Shown piece by piece: positions 1 to 8,454 of a DNA stretch of 12,189 nucleotides. The position numbers and the translations under genes were made by a program. A model generated the notes under the pieces. The model was not told where the DNA came from and did no database searches. It saw only the letters and a program-made list of their open reading frames with translations. The stretch spans positions 1 to 12,189 of the forward strand of contig JAHQWW010000117.1 in assembly GCA_029856365.1 (NCBI GenBank), written 5' to 3'. Within the stretch, counting starts at the first letter, position 1. Each line of letters opens with the position of its first letter. The DNA comes from Candidatus Hodarchaeota archaeon (GTDB taxonomy: Archaea > Asgardarchaeota > Heimdallarchaeia > Hodarchaeales > Hodarchaeaceae).

Positions 1-11
1 TCTATCAATTA

Positions 12-308
12 ATGAGTGGCTTCCTCATCATACCTGGGTCGTTACTCTTATTCTATTCGCTCAGCGAATTCAAAAATCGACGAGTAGGAAAAGTTAATAT
101 CAGACATGATGAGCGATCTGAACGAAACAGATTAAAAGCCGCTGAGGTAGGATTTAGATTTCTCTTCGTCTCTCTACTGATCTTGATTCTTTTCAATGCA
201 ATGAACATCATTGATGAAATAATATTTGTTGCCATGACTGGACCTATAATTGCGATTGGAGTTACCTTGTATTATATTGGTTATTATTGGTTCGAGCAGA
301 GAGGTTGA
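12..308 (+). CDS. DUF2178-like small membrane protein, possibly 5'-truncated by the window edge
   Basis: Three hydrophobic segments and the DER-x-x-x-x-x-x-K-A signature ([12 protein letters not shown]) typical of DUF2178 proteins, which often sit next to XRE HTH genes. The frame is open to the left edge (TAT CAA TTA ATG), so the true start may be upstream. Confidence 0.7.
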   Translation: MSGFLIIPGSLLLFYSLSEFKNRRVGKVNIRHDERSERNRLKAAEVGFRFLFVSLLILILFNAMNIIDEIIFVAMTGPIIAIGVTLYYIGYYWFEQRG

Positions 309-319
309 GTGGTACTCTA

Positions 320-520
320 ATGAAAACACGTATTAAAGAGTACAGAGCACGATATGACTTAACTCAGAAGGAACTGGCTGATAAAGTAGGTGTGAGAAGG
401 GAAACTATTGTGTTCTTAGAGAAGGGAAAGTATAATCCATCTCTCAAACTCGCATATAAAATTGCCAAGGTTTTCAAAACAACAATTGAAACATTATTTA
501 TCTTTGAAAATGATGAATGA
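320..520 (+). CDS. XRE/Cro-CI family helix-turn-helix transcriptional regulator (66 aa)
   Basis: [52 protein letters not shown] is a textbook HTH_3 pattern. ATG at 320 preferred over the track start at 287; GAGGTTGA at 301-308 is SD-like. Confidence 0.95.
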   Translation: MKTRIKEYRARYDLTQKELADKVGVRRETIVFLEKGKYNPSLKLAYKIAKVFKTTIETLFIFENDE

Positions 521-581
521 TTCTTTGACTCTCATTATTAAGAATATTTTAAAGGTACATAACACATGAAGAAAGGCCTCC

Positions 582-655
582 CATTCATAGAACTTTTCTG
601 GAGGTCTATATCTGTTCCCTTTAGCAAGGATAAACTCTGATTCGTTTTTGAAATG
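582..655 (-). pseudogene. Internal fragment of a TIGR04076-family gene; diverged direct repeat of 9230-9303
   Basis: 57/74 nt identical, ungapped, to 9230-9303 (hand count). Minus strand reads HFKNESEFILAKGNRYRPPEKFYEW versus RFKDGQEFIITKENRYKPPEGFYE*. No start codon; stops lie just upstream in frame. Confidence 0.75.
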
Positions 656-807
656 TTCAGGAATTTATCAGAGGAATTTTATAAATTCGATTAACAACAA
701 AATTCGGCATTCATTCTGTATAGTGGGTTTATTATTTCACTAAAGAATTACGAAAGAAGCATGAAAAAATTCATGAACAATTGTTAACTATATGAATTTG
801 AAGAAAA

Positions 808-1893
808 ATGAAGTATTCATACAAAATTATTAGTGTGAAAGGTATAGATCTAGAATTACACATCACATTCATTGGTCTATTTTTATTATTATTCATATTA
901 ACTTTTCCTCAGATATATGCCATCGTACTCTTTAGTTTACTCTTTTTATCAGTAACAATTCATGAATTAGCTCATTCACTTCTTGCTAAACGTAACTCAT
1001 TAACTGTGAATAAAATTGTTCTCTATCCAATCGGAGGAGCAGCACAGATTGAGGATATTCCCGAAGACCCCTCGGTTGAATGGAGAGTTGCAGCAATAGG
1101 TCCTATTTCTAGTCTTATTATCGGTGTCTTTTCTCTTTTGTTTCACCTGTTATACCCGATTCAGTTGTCTGTGACACCGTTTTTCATTGGAACTGGATTT
1201 ATTTTTCTTGACATTGGATTTCTAAATATCATTTTAGCCATCTTTAATTTGATTCCAGCCTTTCCAATGGACGGGGGACGTATACTTAGGGCTATCCTTA
1301 CCATCTGGAAAAAAGATTTAGTCGAAGCAACTCAAACCGCTGCTAGCATTGGACGGTTTTTTGCATTAATAATGCTGCTAGTAGGTTTTTTGGGCAACTT
1401 ATGGCTTGTTATCATTGGATTTTTCATTTATTGGGGTGCTGCTCAAGAATTACAAGCAACCAAACTGTCAGCTATCCTCAAACCCTTACGCGTTGGAGAT
1501 GTAATGCTTTCAATGGACAATAGCATGACTGTGTCCTCTATGACCCCATTAAATGAAGCGTTAGAAGTTATGTTTCAGGCACGAATCAACGATCTTATTG
1601 TTTGCAATGAAGGTGATCTATTAGGGGTCATCACATGGGACGATATCATTAAAATAGCTCCTGAATCCAGATCAAATGCAGTTGTTGCTGATCTCATGAT
1701 TAAACCATTGTCAATCAGTCCTGATCGGTCAGTTTTTGATGCCTACAAGTTAATGGTAAAGAAAAAGACACAATTAATCCCTGTTCTTGATAGTAACGCT
1801 CCTTGTAATATTTTGGGTGTGATTACTAATCAATCAATTGCCTATGGAATTGCATTGGCTCAATCATTTAAAAATCAGACCCTAGGGTACTGA
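808..1893 (+). CDS. Site-2 protease (peptidase M50, SpoIVFB-like) with a C-terminal CBS domain pair
   Basis: HELAH (HExxH) in a hydrophobic segment, PIGG, AIGP and NLIPAFPMDGGR (NxxPxxxxDG) motifs; CBS signatures VGDVM...LLGVITWDDI and VADLM...ILGVITNQSI. Confidence 0.95.
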   Translation: MKYSYKIISVKGIDLELHITFIGLFLLLFILTFPQIYAIVLFSLLFLSVTIHELAHSLLAKRNSLTVNKIVLYPIGGAAQIEDIPEDPSVEWRVAAIGPISSLIIGVFSLLFHLLYPIQLSVTPFFIGTGFIFLDIGFLNIILAIFNLIPAFPMDGGRILRAILTIWKKDLVEATQTAASIGRFFALIMLLVGFLGNLWLVIIGFFIYWGAAQELQATKLSAILKPLRVGDVMLSMDNSMTVSSMTPLNEALEVMFQARINDLIVCNEGDLLGVITWDDIIKIAPESRSNAVVADLMIKPLSISPDRSVFDAYKLMVKKKTQLIPVLDSNAPCNILGVITNQSIAYGIALAQSFKNQTLGY

Positions 1894-2001
1894 TCATTTA
1901 TTCTCCCTCTTTTTATTTCCTCCAAATGAACAGCAAACATTTCATAAAAGCTGAAACTAAATTATTAAAAATGAAACAAATGGATATGGAAGGTTGATTA
2001 T

Positions 2002-2398
2002 ATGACAGATTACGAAATCAGTGTTATTTTGAATGAAGAATATGACACGGTAGTTATTAAAACTATCGAAGCCCAAAAAAAGAAGGTTTTGGAGTTCTAA
2101 TAGAAATTGATGCGAAAAAGACCCTTAAAGAGAAATCAAATGTTGAATTCGAGAGTTATATGATTTTAGGGGCATGTATCCTCCATTTGCTAAAAAGTCT
2201 CTTGATATTGAAAAAGAAATTGGACTTTTTTTGCCGTGTAACGTCATAGTTCAGGAATTACAGGAGAAGAAAACAACAAAAGTTGCTGCAATAGATCCAG
2301 AACAAATGTTCAAGATGATTCGGAATCCTCAGGTGGAACCTATTGCAAAAGAAGTGAAAAATAAACTTCAACGTGTCATCAGCTCATTAATTGAATAA
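2002..2398 (+). pseudogene. DUF302-domain gene with two single-base deletions (pseudogene or sequencing error)
   Basis: ATG at 2002 after an SD-like GGAAGGTTGA. Joining three frames gives [84 protein letters not shown]...AAIDP..., the DUF302 pattern (GFGVL, ILGACNP, LLPC). Shifts at ~2074-2081 and ~2178. Track ORF 2174-2398 is only the last segment. Confidence 0.88.
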
Positions 2399-2607
2399 TA
2401 TACTATTAATATATCGGATTTCTATTTATTTCCTGATTTTCCTTATCCAGACAAGAATATCTTCAATGAGAAATGATCTGGTTTCTTTAAAGTGACATTT
2501 TAGGATCTATAAGAAGAAATTGTACATTTTCTCACCATTTACTATCTGTCAGAAAACCAATTGTGTCACTTATCCATAAAATTTGTCATATTCAAATATG
2601 TTAAATC

Positions 2608-2615
2608 TTTATAAA
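2608..2615 (+). promoter_or_regulatory. Candidate archaeal TATA box for GTPase 1
   Basis: TTTATAAA about 120 nt upstream of ATG 2732; the AT-rich background makes this weak. Confidence 0.3.
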
Positions 2616-2731
2616 ATTGAATTTACTATGATTATTTGATGGTTATTCCCACTAAAATTAGGAAAAGCTAAGAATATCTTCTTAGTATTTTTCCCGACGA
2701 AAATCTAATGTTTTAAGTAGAGATGTAAGGA

Positions 2732-3316
2732 ATGAAAGTTTTCAAGATTGCGTTAATAGGTGATGGTGGGGTTGGTAAAACAGCTATCCGTGAACGTTAT
2801 TTAGGTAACGGATTTAAGGCTCAATATCTTCTCACTGTTGGCGCTGATTTTGCCATGCACGACGATAACATTAATGGATTTCCCGTTCGATACCAGATTT
2901 GGGACTTGGCTGGACAACAACGCTTTGATGGTGTCAGGGAAGCGTATTACAATGGCTGTATTGGAGCCTTATTAGTGTATGATATCACTCGTCCTGAATC
3001 GTTCTTCAACATGCCTAAATGGATTAATGAACTGTGGACAAATAATGGACGTGGTCGAGTTCCTATTGTTGTAGTAGCTAATAAAATCGATTTATACGAT
3101 ATATTAGATAACACCGTCTCTCCTAGTCAGGGCTTGTCTTTTACTGAAAATCTTAGTAATCTTACTGAACCTGATGGATTTTTATGTCATTTCATTGAGA
3201 CTTCTGCTAAGACTGGGGAAAATATTCCTCAAGCTTTTTCATTGCTAGGCACAAATATTCCAAAGTTCATTGAAAATCACCGAAGGATTCCCATTCTGGC
3301 ATCTTGTTCATATTGA
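2732..3316 (+). CDS. Rab-like small GTPase (Ras superfamily), paralog 1
   Basis: G1 GDGGVGKT, G2 TVGADF, G3 WDLAGQ, G4 NKID, G5 ETSAK; RabF-like motifs RYQIW, YYNGC and exact LVYDIT. Confidence 0.96.
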   Translation: MKVFKIALIGDGGVGKTAIRERYLGNGFKAQYLLTVGADFAMHDDNINGFPVRYQIWDLAGQQRFDGVREAYYNGCIGALLVYDITRPESFFNMPKWINELWTNNGRGRVPIVVVANKIDLYDILDNTVSPSQGLSFTENLSNLTEPDGFLCHFIETSAKTGENIPQAFSLLGTNIPKFIENHRRIPILASCSY

Positions 3317-3559
3317 TATGAACTGAATTATAAGAAAAGCTGTTCTTTTAAGACCACCTTTGGATTTCATTGTTTTACCTATATCACTAGTAGAGCTACT
3401 TGGCGATGGACACAGTTACGAAATTGGTTTAGAAACCTTGATGCGGTTTAAATGTGTTTCAAATCACTAAATGACTCCGTTATTATCATCTTGATCATAA
3501 TAATATATACCAGAAGATCCACATTACTGTCTCTTTACGACTCTCAACAATTTTAAGGA

Positions 3560-4265
3560 TTAGATTGAAATTTTAATAGGTTTAAATTTCTCTGGAATAA
3601 TCACTTCTACATCAGGCAGCACTTTTTCCATAAGAACCTTAAACTGTTTCATTTGTTGCTTCCGACCATGAATAGGAACTGCTAGTTTTGGTTGCAGATC
3701 CATAATCATTGCAAGTGCTACTTCTGGAGAACATGTCCTAGCAGTACCAGTTGGTACAAATGCAATCTTTGCTGATATGTCTTTATGTCGCCAATAACCT
3801 GAATCTCCTCCATGGAAGACCTTTATTCCCCAAGATTACTAGATACTGAGTTATAGGGCCAACATGAATTCCTCGTAAAGCGACCACCTCATGATTCCCT
3901 ATTTTGTATGTTTGTGAGAATGAACCTGAATCCCCTATTGTTATCATATTAGAAGGAACACTAGTTTTGAGCTCCTCTGAAGTAATTTTATCTGCTATCA
4001 CATGGGAACCAGTCGATTTGATTATCAGTAACGCTTCTTCATTGATATAATGATCCCAATGATTGTGAGTAAAAAGCAGGAGATCAAGATGCTCAATAGC
4101 AGAGATTTCTGTTTGTCCAAGACTTCTACTAGGGTCGATTGCTATTGCAGTGGTTTTCGATCTTAGGAGAATTCCACTATATCCTAAGAAAATAAATGCA
4201 ATATCATTCTCACTTAGTTCAAGAGAATATAGCGATTTCACTGCTTCAAATTTGCTTTGTATCAA
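3560..4265 (-). pseudogene. MBL-fold metallo-hydrolase (UPF0173/UlaG-like) interrupted by one frameshift
   Basis: THNHWDH (HxHxDH) and GIH lie in track ORF 3783-4265. After the G4 run at 3828-3831 the next frame continues IKVFHGGDSGYWRHKDISAKIAFVPTG...QPKLAVPIHGRKQQ...KPIKISI* to the stop at 3560-3562, supplying the missing GD and P-x-H motifs. TTG start preceded by GTGA. Confidence 0.88.
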
Positions 4266-4796
4266 AATGATTCACATTTTATGATTATTTTATTGTAATG
4301 GATATGAATTAAACAACGATCATAGCCATTTTTTATGAATATGATTCTAGAGATTTAACATTGAAGTATTAGTTCAATTAATAAAGGATTTTTGGATTTA
4401 AAAATCATTATTCTGATTGTATTTTTAATTTAATAATTTCCAACAGACTTTTTTCATAGGTTCCCCTAGAAAAAGTGCTTGGAATACTCCTAGCAGTAGA
4501 TGAACCAAGAAATGTATTACTTCATGATAAGAATGGAGCAATAAATAGCACCTATAGTATTCCAAGTCATTGGTTTCATCTAGGACATCTTCAACGTTTC
4601 CATCTAGTTCAGTAATGGTAGGTCATTTCCCTAGACTAAGTTTCATTTTGTTAATAAGGAGAGGGAAAAGAAAGAAATAAGCACAAATGATCCTCTATAT
4701 GTCTCCGTTATCTCTATATTATTTCGTAATAATTAAATTCAATTAGCGCTAAACCATTGATTAGTAAAGGAATTGCCCAGGGATTGCGTAAATATC

Positions 4797-6572
4797 ATGA
4801 GTTTGGATATCAAACAGATTTCAAGCTATAAAAAATGGTTTTTATACCATCTTGTTAAACAAAAATTCTTAGTACTGTGTGTCCTTGTTGGCATTATTTC
4901 TGTTACCTCTTTAAGAGTCATCATTCCAATTGTTATCGGATATATCATAGATACTACTCTCATAACCCGTGATTTAACTAATTTAATATTACTACTCGCC
5001 ATAACACTTACTGTTTATGTTTCTCGGAATGCAATGGATTATATAACAATGATGGTTGGACATTATCTTGGTTTAAAAACTGAACAGAATATGCGGCAAG
5101 AGTTTTTTGATACGCTTCAATATAAGCCATTACGATATCATGATAAGGCACGAATAGGTGACCTCCAAGCTCTAGCGACAAATGATTTGCGTATCATCAA
5201 TACAATGATCTCTCATGGTGCTTTTTATATTTATCCTTTTTTTCAAGTTATTATGGCTGCCATACTGTTGATTGTAACCCTTGATCTTAGATTAGCCATG
5301 ATTTGTACTCCATTCATCCTTTTATACATTTATTTTCTCTTACAATATCGAAGAAGAATTACCCCCTGGGCTGCTGGTCGTATGGTCACACATTCGAATG
5401 TGGCTGTAGTATTACAGGACAGTATAAGTGGTGCTGCCATTGTACGATCCTTTACTGCAGAGGAATTGGAACGTGAAAAATTCCACCAGGCAGTAATTGG
5501 ATTTCGCGATAATCGGATTGGAGAGACTAAAGTTCAAGCCAAATTTTATCCATTATTGGTTTTGTATCTTACCATTGGAGCTACTTTTCTTGCAAGCTGT
5601 ATATTTGTGTTTCAAGATACGCTAACGATAGGTGCATTGACTGCAGCAAATTTACTCTTAATTACTCTTATAGATCCTACGAATATGATCTTTTGGGCCA
5701 CTAATGACATGATGAGTGGTTTTGCCGCATGTTCACGACTATATACGAGCTTATCCTTGGAGGAAGAGGAGCAACAAGAAAGTTATCTCTTAGAATGGCC
5801 AGATAATTTCAGGGGAAGAATTGAATTTAGAGACGTTACTTTTGCGTATGGAGATGATGGAACACAAAACACTCCCATACTAAAGAATTTTTCATTTATT
5901 GTTGAGCCCTATCAACGAGTAGCACTAGTAGGTCCAACAGGATGCGGAAAAACGACTATGGTAAAACTGCTGTTACGTCTTTATGAACCCCAAGAGGGAA
6001 CGATTCTATTAGATGGAATAGATATTCGAAATTATCCGCTTGATGAATTGAGACGACACATCGGGTATATCGAACAAGATATCTATCTTTTTTCTCGGAC
6101 AATAAGTGAGAATATTGCTTTTGGTAGACCAAATGCCTCACAAGAAGAAATAAGGGCGATGGCAGAACTCGCCCAAGTCAATGATTTTGTACAAGACTTT
6201 CCAGAAGAATACAATACAGTTGTTGGTGAAAGAGGAACACGCCTCTCCGGTGGTGAAAAACAACGAGTGGCTATCGCTCGTGCTTTCCTAACTGATCCTG
6301 AAATCCTCATTCTTGATGATTCTGTCTCTGCGGTTGATAGTAAAACAGAAGAGAAGATCACTCATGCTATGGAAAATGTTGTCAAGAATAGAACAACGTT
6401 GGTTATTACTCATCGATTACACACAATACGGACTTCTGATAAAATAATTGTACTTAAACGTGGGAGAATTGTCGCAGAGGGTAATCACAATGATTTATTG
6501 CAAAGTTCAGAAGATTACAGACGGATTTTTGGGAAACATTTGGTCTTGCCGGAATTAGTAGTAAGGACTTAA
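4797..6572 (+). CDS. ABC exporter, fused TMD-NBD (type IV, TM287/TmrB-like subunit)
   Basis: Six-helix TMD, Walker A GPTGCGKT, Q-loop YIEQD, signature LSGGEKQR, Walker B ILILDD (catalytic Glu replaced by Asp), switch ITHR. Start is ATG 4797 or TTG 4773. Confidence 0.95.
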   Translation: MSLDIKQISSYKKWFLYHLVKQKFLVLCVLVGIISVTSLRVIIPIVIGYIIDTTLITRDLTNLILLLAITLTVYVSRNAMDYITMMVGHYLGLKTEQNMRQEFFDTLQYKPLRYHDKARIGDLQALATNDLRIINTMISHGAFYIYPFFQVIMAAILLIVTLDLRLAMICTPFILLYIYFLLQYRRRITPWAAGRMVTHSNVAVVLQDSISGAAIVRSFTAEELEREKFHQAVIGFRDNRIGETKVQAKFYPLLVLYLTIGATFLASCIFVFQDTLTIGALTAANLLLITLIDPTNMIFWATNDMMSGFAACSRLYTSLSLEEEEQQESYLLEWPDNFRGRIEFRDVTFAYGDDGTQNTPILKNFSFIVEPYQRVALVGPTGCGKTTMVKLLLRLYEPQEGTILLDGIDIRNYPLDELRRHIGYIEQDIYLFSRTISENIAFGRPNASQEEIRAMAELAQVNDFVQDFPEEYNTVVGERGTRLSGGEKQRVAIARAFLTDPEILILDDSVSAVDSKTEEKITHAMENVVKNRTTLVITHRLHTIRTSDKIIVLKRGRIVAEGNHNDLLQSSEDYRRIFGKHLVLPELVVRT

Positions 6573-6584
6573 TGTGGGATTAAT

Positions 6585-8417
6585 ATGGGACTCTATATAG
6601 GACTATTCAGTGAAAAACGAGAACGAGAGTATTCAGATCGTGAACTACTGTCTCGATATGCTCGTAGAATCGTTCCGTTTAAGAAAAGTATTACATTAAT
6701 CTCTCTTTTTATCCTAATTTCCACATCAGCTGATATTATTATTCCACTTATGGTTGGATTTGGAGTTGAGGAGCTTGAAAAACCAAATCGTGATTTTACA
6801 CTAGTTATAGGTGTTGGGGTCATATACCTCGTTTTATCTGCTATAATATGGATCATGTTCAGCCTACGTCGAAGGGAGGTTGGGAATTTCATGCCATATT
6901 TCTTGGAAAACCTTCGTATGGATATCTTTGATAAATTGCAAGAACAAGATATGAGTTTTTTCGATAAACATCTGAGTGGGAGTCTGAATTCAAGAGTTTC
7001 AAATGATGCCTTAGATTTTGGAAATACTACCATCTTGTTAGCGGACACTATGGGGAATTTTTTTGTGAGTATTTTGACTTTCGGAGTTCTTTTATGGTTA
7101 AATCCAATATTAGCCTTGATTACTCTAGCAGGTGTTCCTTTCCTCTTTTTGTTAATGTTTTCTTTAAGGAAGCTAGCTAGAATTGTAAGTCGAGATTATC
7201 GAAAATCAATTGGGAATGTCAATAATGGAATGGTAGAATCAATTGAAGGTATTCAAGTGTGTAAAAGCTACGGACAAGAAGCTACAGTTTCCGAACAGTT
7301 TCAGGAGACAAACAAAGAGTACTTTAGAACAGCTTATCGATTGACAGCAGTAACTCATGTCTGGAGATCTATCCTGGAAACAATTACTGCCATAATACTG
7401 GTAATAATTGTATATTTGGGTGGTCAACTTATTTCTCAAGGAACATCATCCACCGCGATTATTTTGATGTTTATCCTCTATATCCAACGATTTTTTCGTC
7501 CAATCATGGTTCTTGCTACATTTTTTCCAGAACTTAGTGCTGGTATGGCAGCATATGAACGTATTCTAGATATTTTAGACTCCGAACCTAATGTCAAGCA
7601 GCACTCAGAGCTTCACGATGTCGATGAGTTAGGGGGAGAGATTATTTTTGAAAATGTCGACTTCAGTTATAGAAACGACGGTGAATGGGTCTTTAAAGGG
7701 TTTAACTTAAGAATAGCAAAAGGGGAAAAACTTGCAATCGTAGGTCACACTGGGGCGGGAAAATCCAGCTTAGTCAATCTTTTAGCTCGATTTTATGAAT
7801 TTCAAGGGGGTTCCATTAAGATTGATGGAATTGACATTAGAGAGATGAGGCTGGATTTATACAGACGAAACCTCGGGATGGTGCAACAAGATGTGTTCCT
7901 TTTTTCAGGGACAATAGAGGAGAATATTCGATATGGTAGACGAGATGCATCAGAAGAAGATCTTTGGAAAGCTATTCGAGCAGTCCATGCTGATGAACTC
8001 ATCGAATATTTACACGATGGTCTTAAAACTCAAGTAGGTGAAAGAGGAGGAGGGCTATCGGCTGGACAAAAACAACTGATTAGTTTTGCTCGAGCCCTCC
8101 TAACTGATCCTAAAATTCTCATACTCGATGAAGCCACGTCTTCAGTGGATGCTTATACAGAGGCGATTATTCAAGAGGCACTTGAGGTGCTATTATCTAG
8201 TAGAACCTCAATCATTATTGCTCACAGACTCTCCACTATTCTAAATGCAGATCGAATCATTGTAATGGAAAAGGGGCAAATTATTGAAGAGGGAACACAT
8301 GAGTCCTTACTGGTTCAAGGAGGCAAGTATGGACAATTGTATAAACAATATTATGAGCATCAAAGTCTAGACTGGAAACCAATTAAACTATCTGGTGAAA
8401 AAATATCTAATTCATGA
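6585..8417 (+). CDS. ABC exporter, fused TMD-NBD (type IV, TM288/TmrA-like subunit)
   Basis: TMD, Walker A GHTGAGKS, signature LSAGQKQ, Walker B ILILDEATSSVD, switch IAHR; begins 12 nt after the partner gene. Confidence 0.95.
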   Translation: MGLYIGLFSEKREREYSDRELLSRYARRIVPFKKSITLISLFILISTSADIIIPLMVGFGVEELEKPNRDFTLVIGVGVIYLVLSAIIWIMFSLRRREVGNFMPYFLENLRMDIFDKLQEQDMSFFDKHLSGSLNSRVSNDALDFGNTTILLADTMGNFFVSILTFGVLLWLNPILALITLAGVPFLFLLMFSLRKLARIVSRDYRKSIGNVNNGMVESIEGIQVCKSYGQEATVSEQFQETNKEYFRTAYRLTAVTHVWRSILETITAIILVIIVYLGGQLISQGTSSTAIILMFILYIQRFFRPIMVLATFFPELSAGMAAYERILDILDSEPNVKQHSELHDVDELGGEIIFENVDFSYRNDGEWVFKGFNLRIAKGEKLAIVGHTGAGKSSLVNLLARFYEFQGGSIKIDGIDIREMRLDLYRRNLGMVQQDVFLFSGTIEENIRYGRRDASEEDLWKAIRAVHADELIEYLHDGLKTQVGERGGGLSAGQKQLISFARALLTDPKILILDEATSSVDAYTEAIIQEALEVLLSSRTSIIIAHRLSTILNADRIIVMEKGQIIEEGTHESLLVQGGKYGQLYKQYYEHQSLDWKPIKLSGEKISNS

Positions 8418-8454
8418 CACACGTCAATTGTTTCACAGAAGATCAGAAGGAAAT

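Noticed and set aside
53-235. Minus-strand 60-aa track ORF
   Set aside because: Antisense shadow of the DUF2178-like gene.
3327-3470. Open stretch reading LDFIVLPISLVELLGDGHSYEIG, vaguely like a PadR N-terminus
   Set aside because: No convincing start, wrong spacing and no downstream SxGxxYxxL motif.
4569-4580. 12-bp match ATTGGTTTCATC to the reverse complement of 9127-9138, suggesting a third TIGR04076 remnant
   Set aside because: Flanking similarity is weak and gapped; several 12-mer matches are expected by chance in 12 kb of AT-rich DNA.
4693-4730. 19-bp tandem repeat (14/19 identical) upstream of the ABC genes
   Set aside because: Only an 8-bp AT-rich core (CTCTATAT) is exact; not distinguishable from chance.
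5956-8002. Antisense track ORFs 5956-6141, 6083-6361, 6593-7048, 7239-7439 and 7802-8002
   Set aside because: Shadows of the ABC genes with no motifs of their own.
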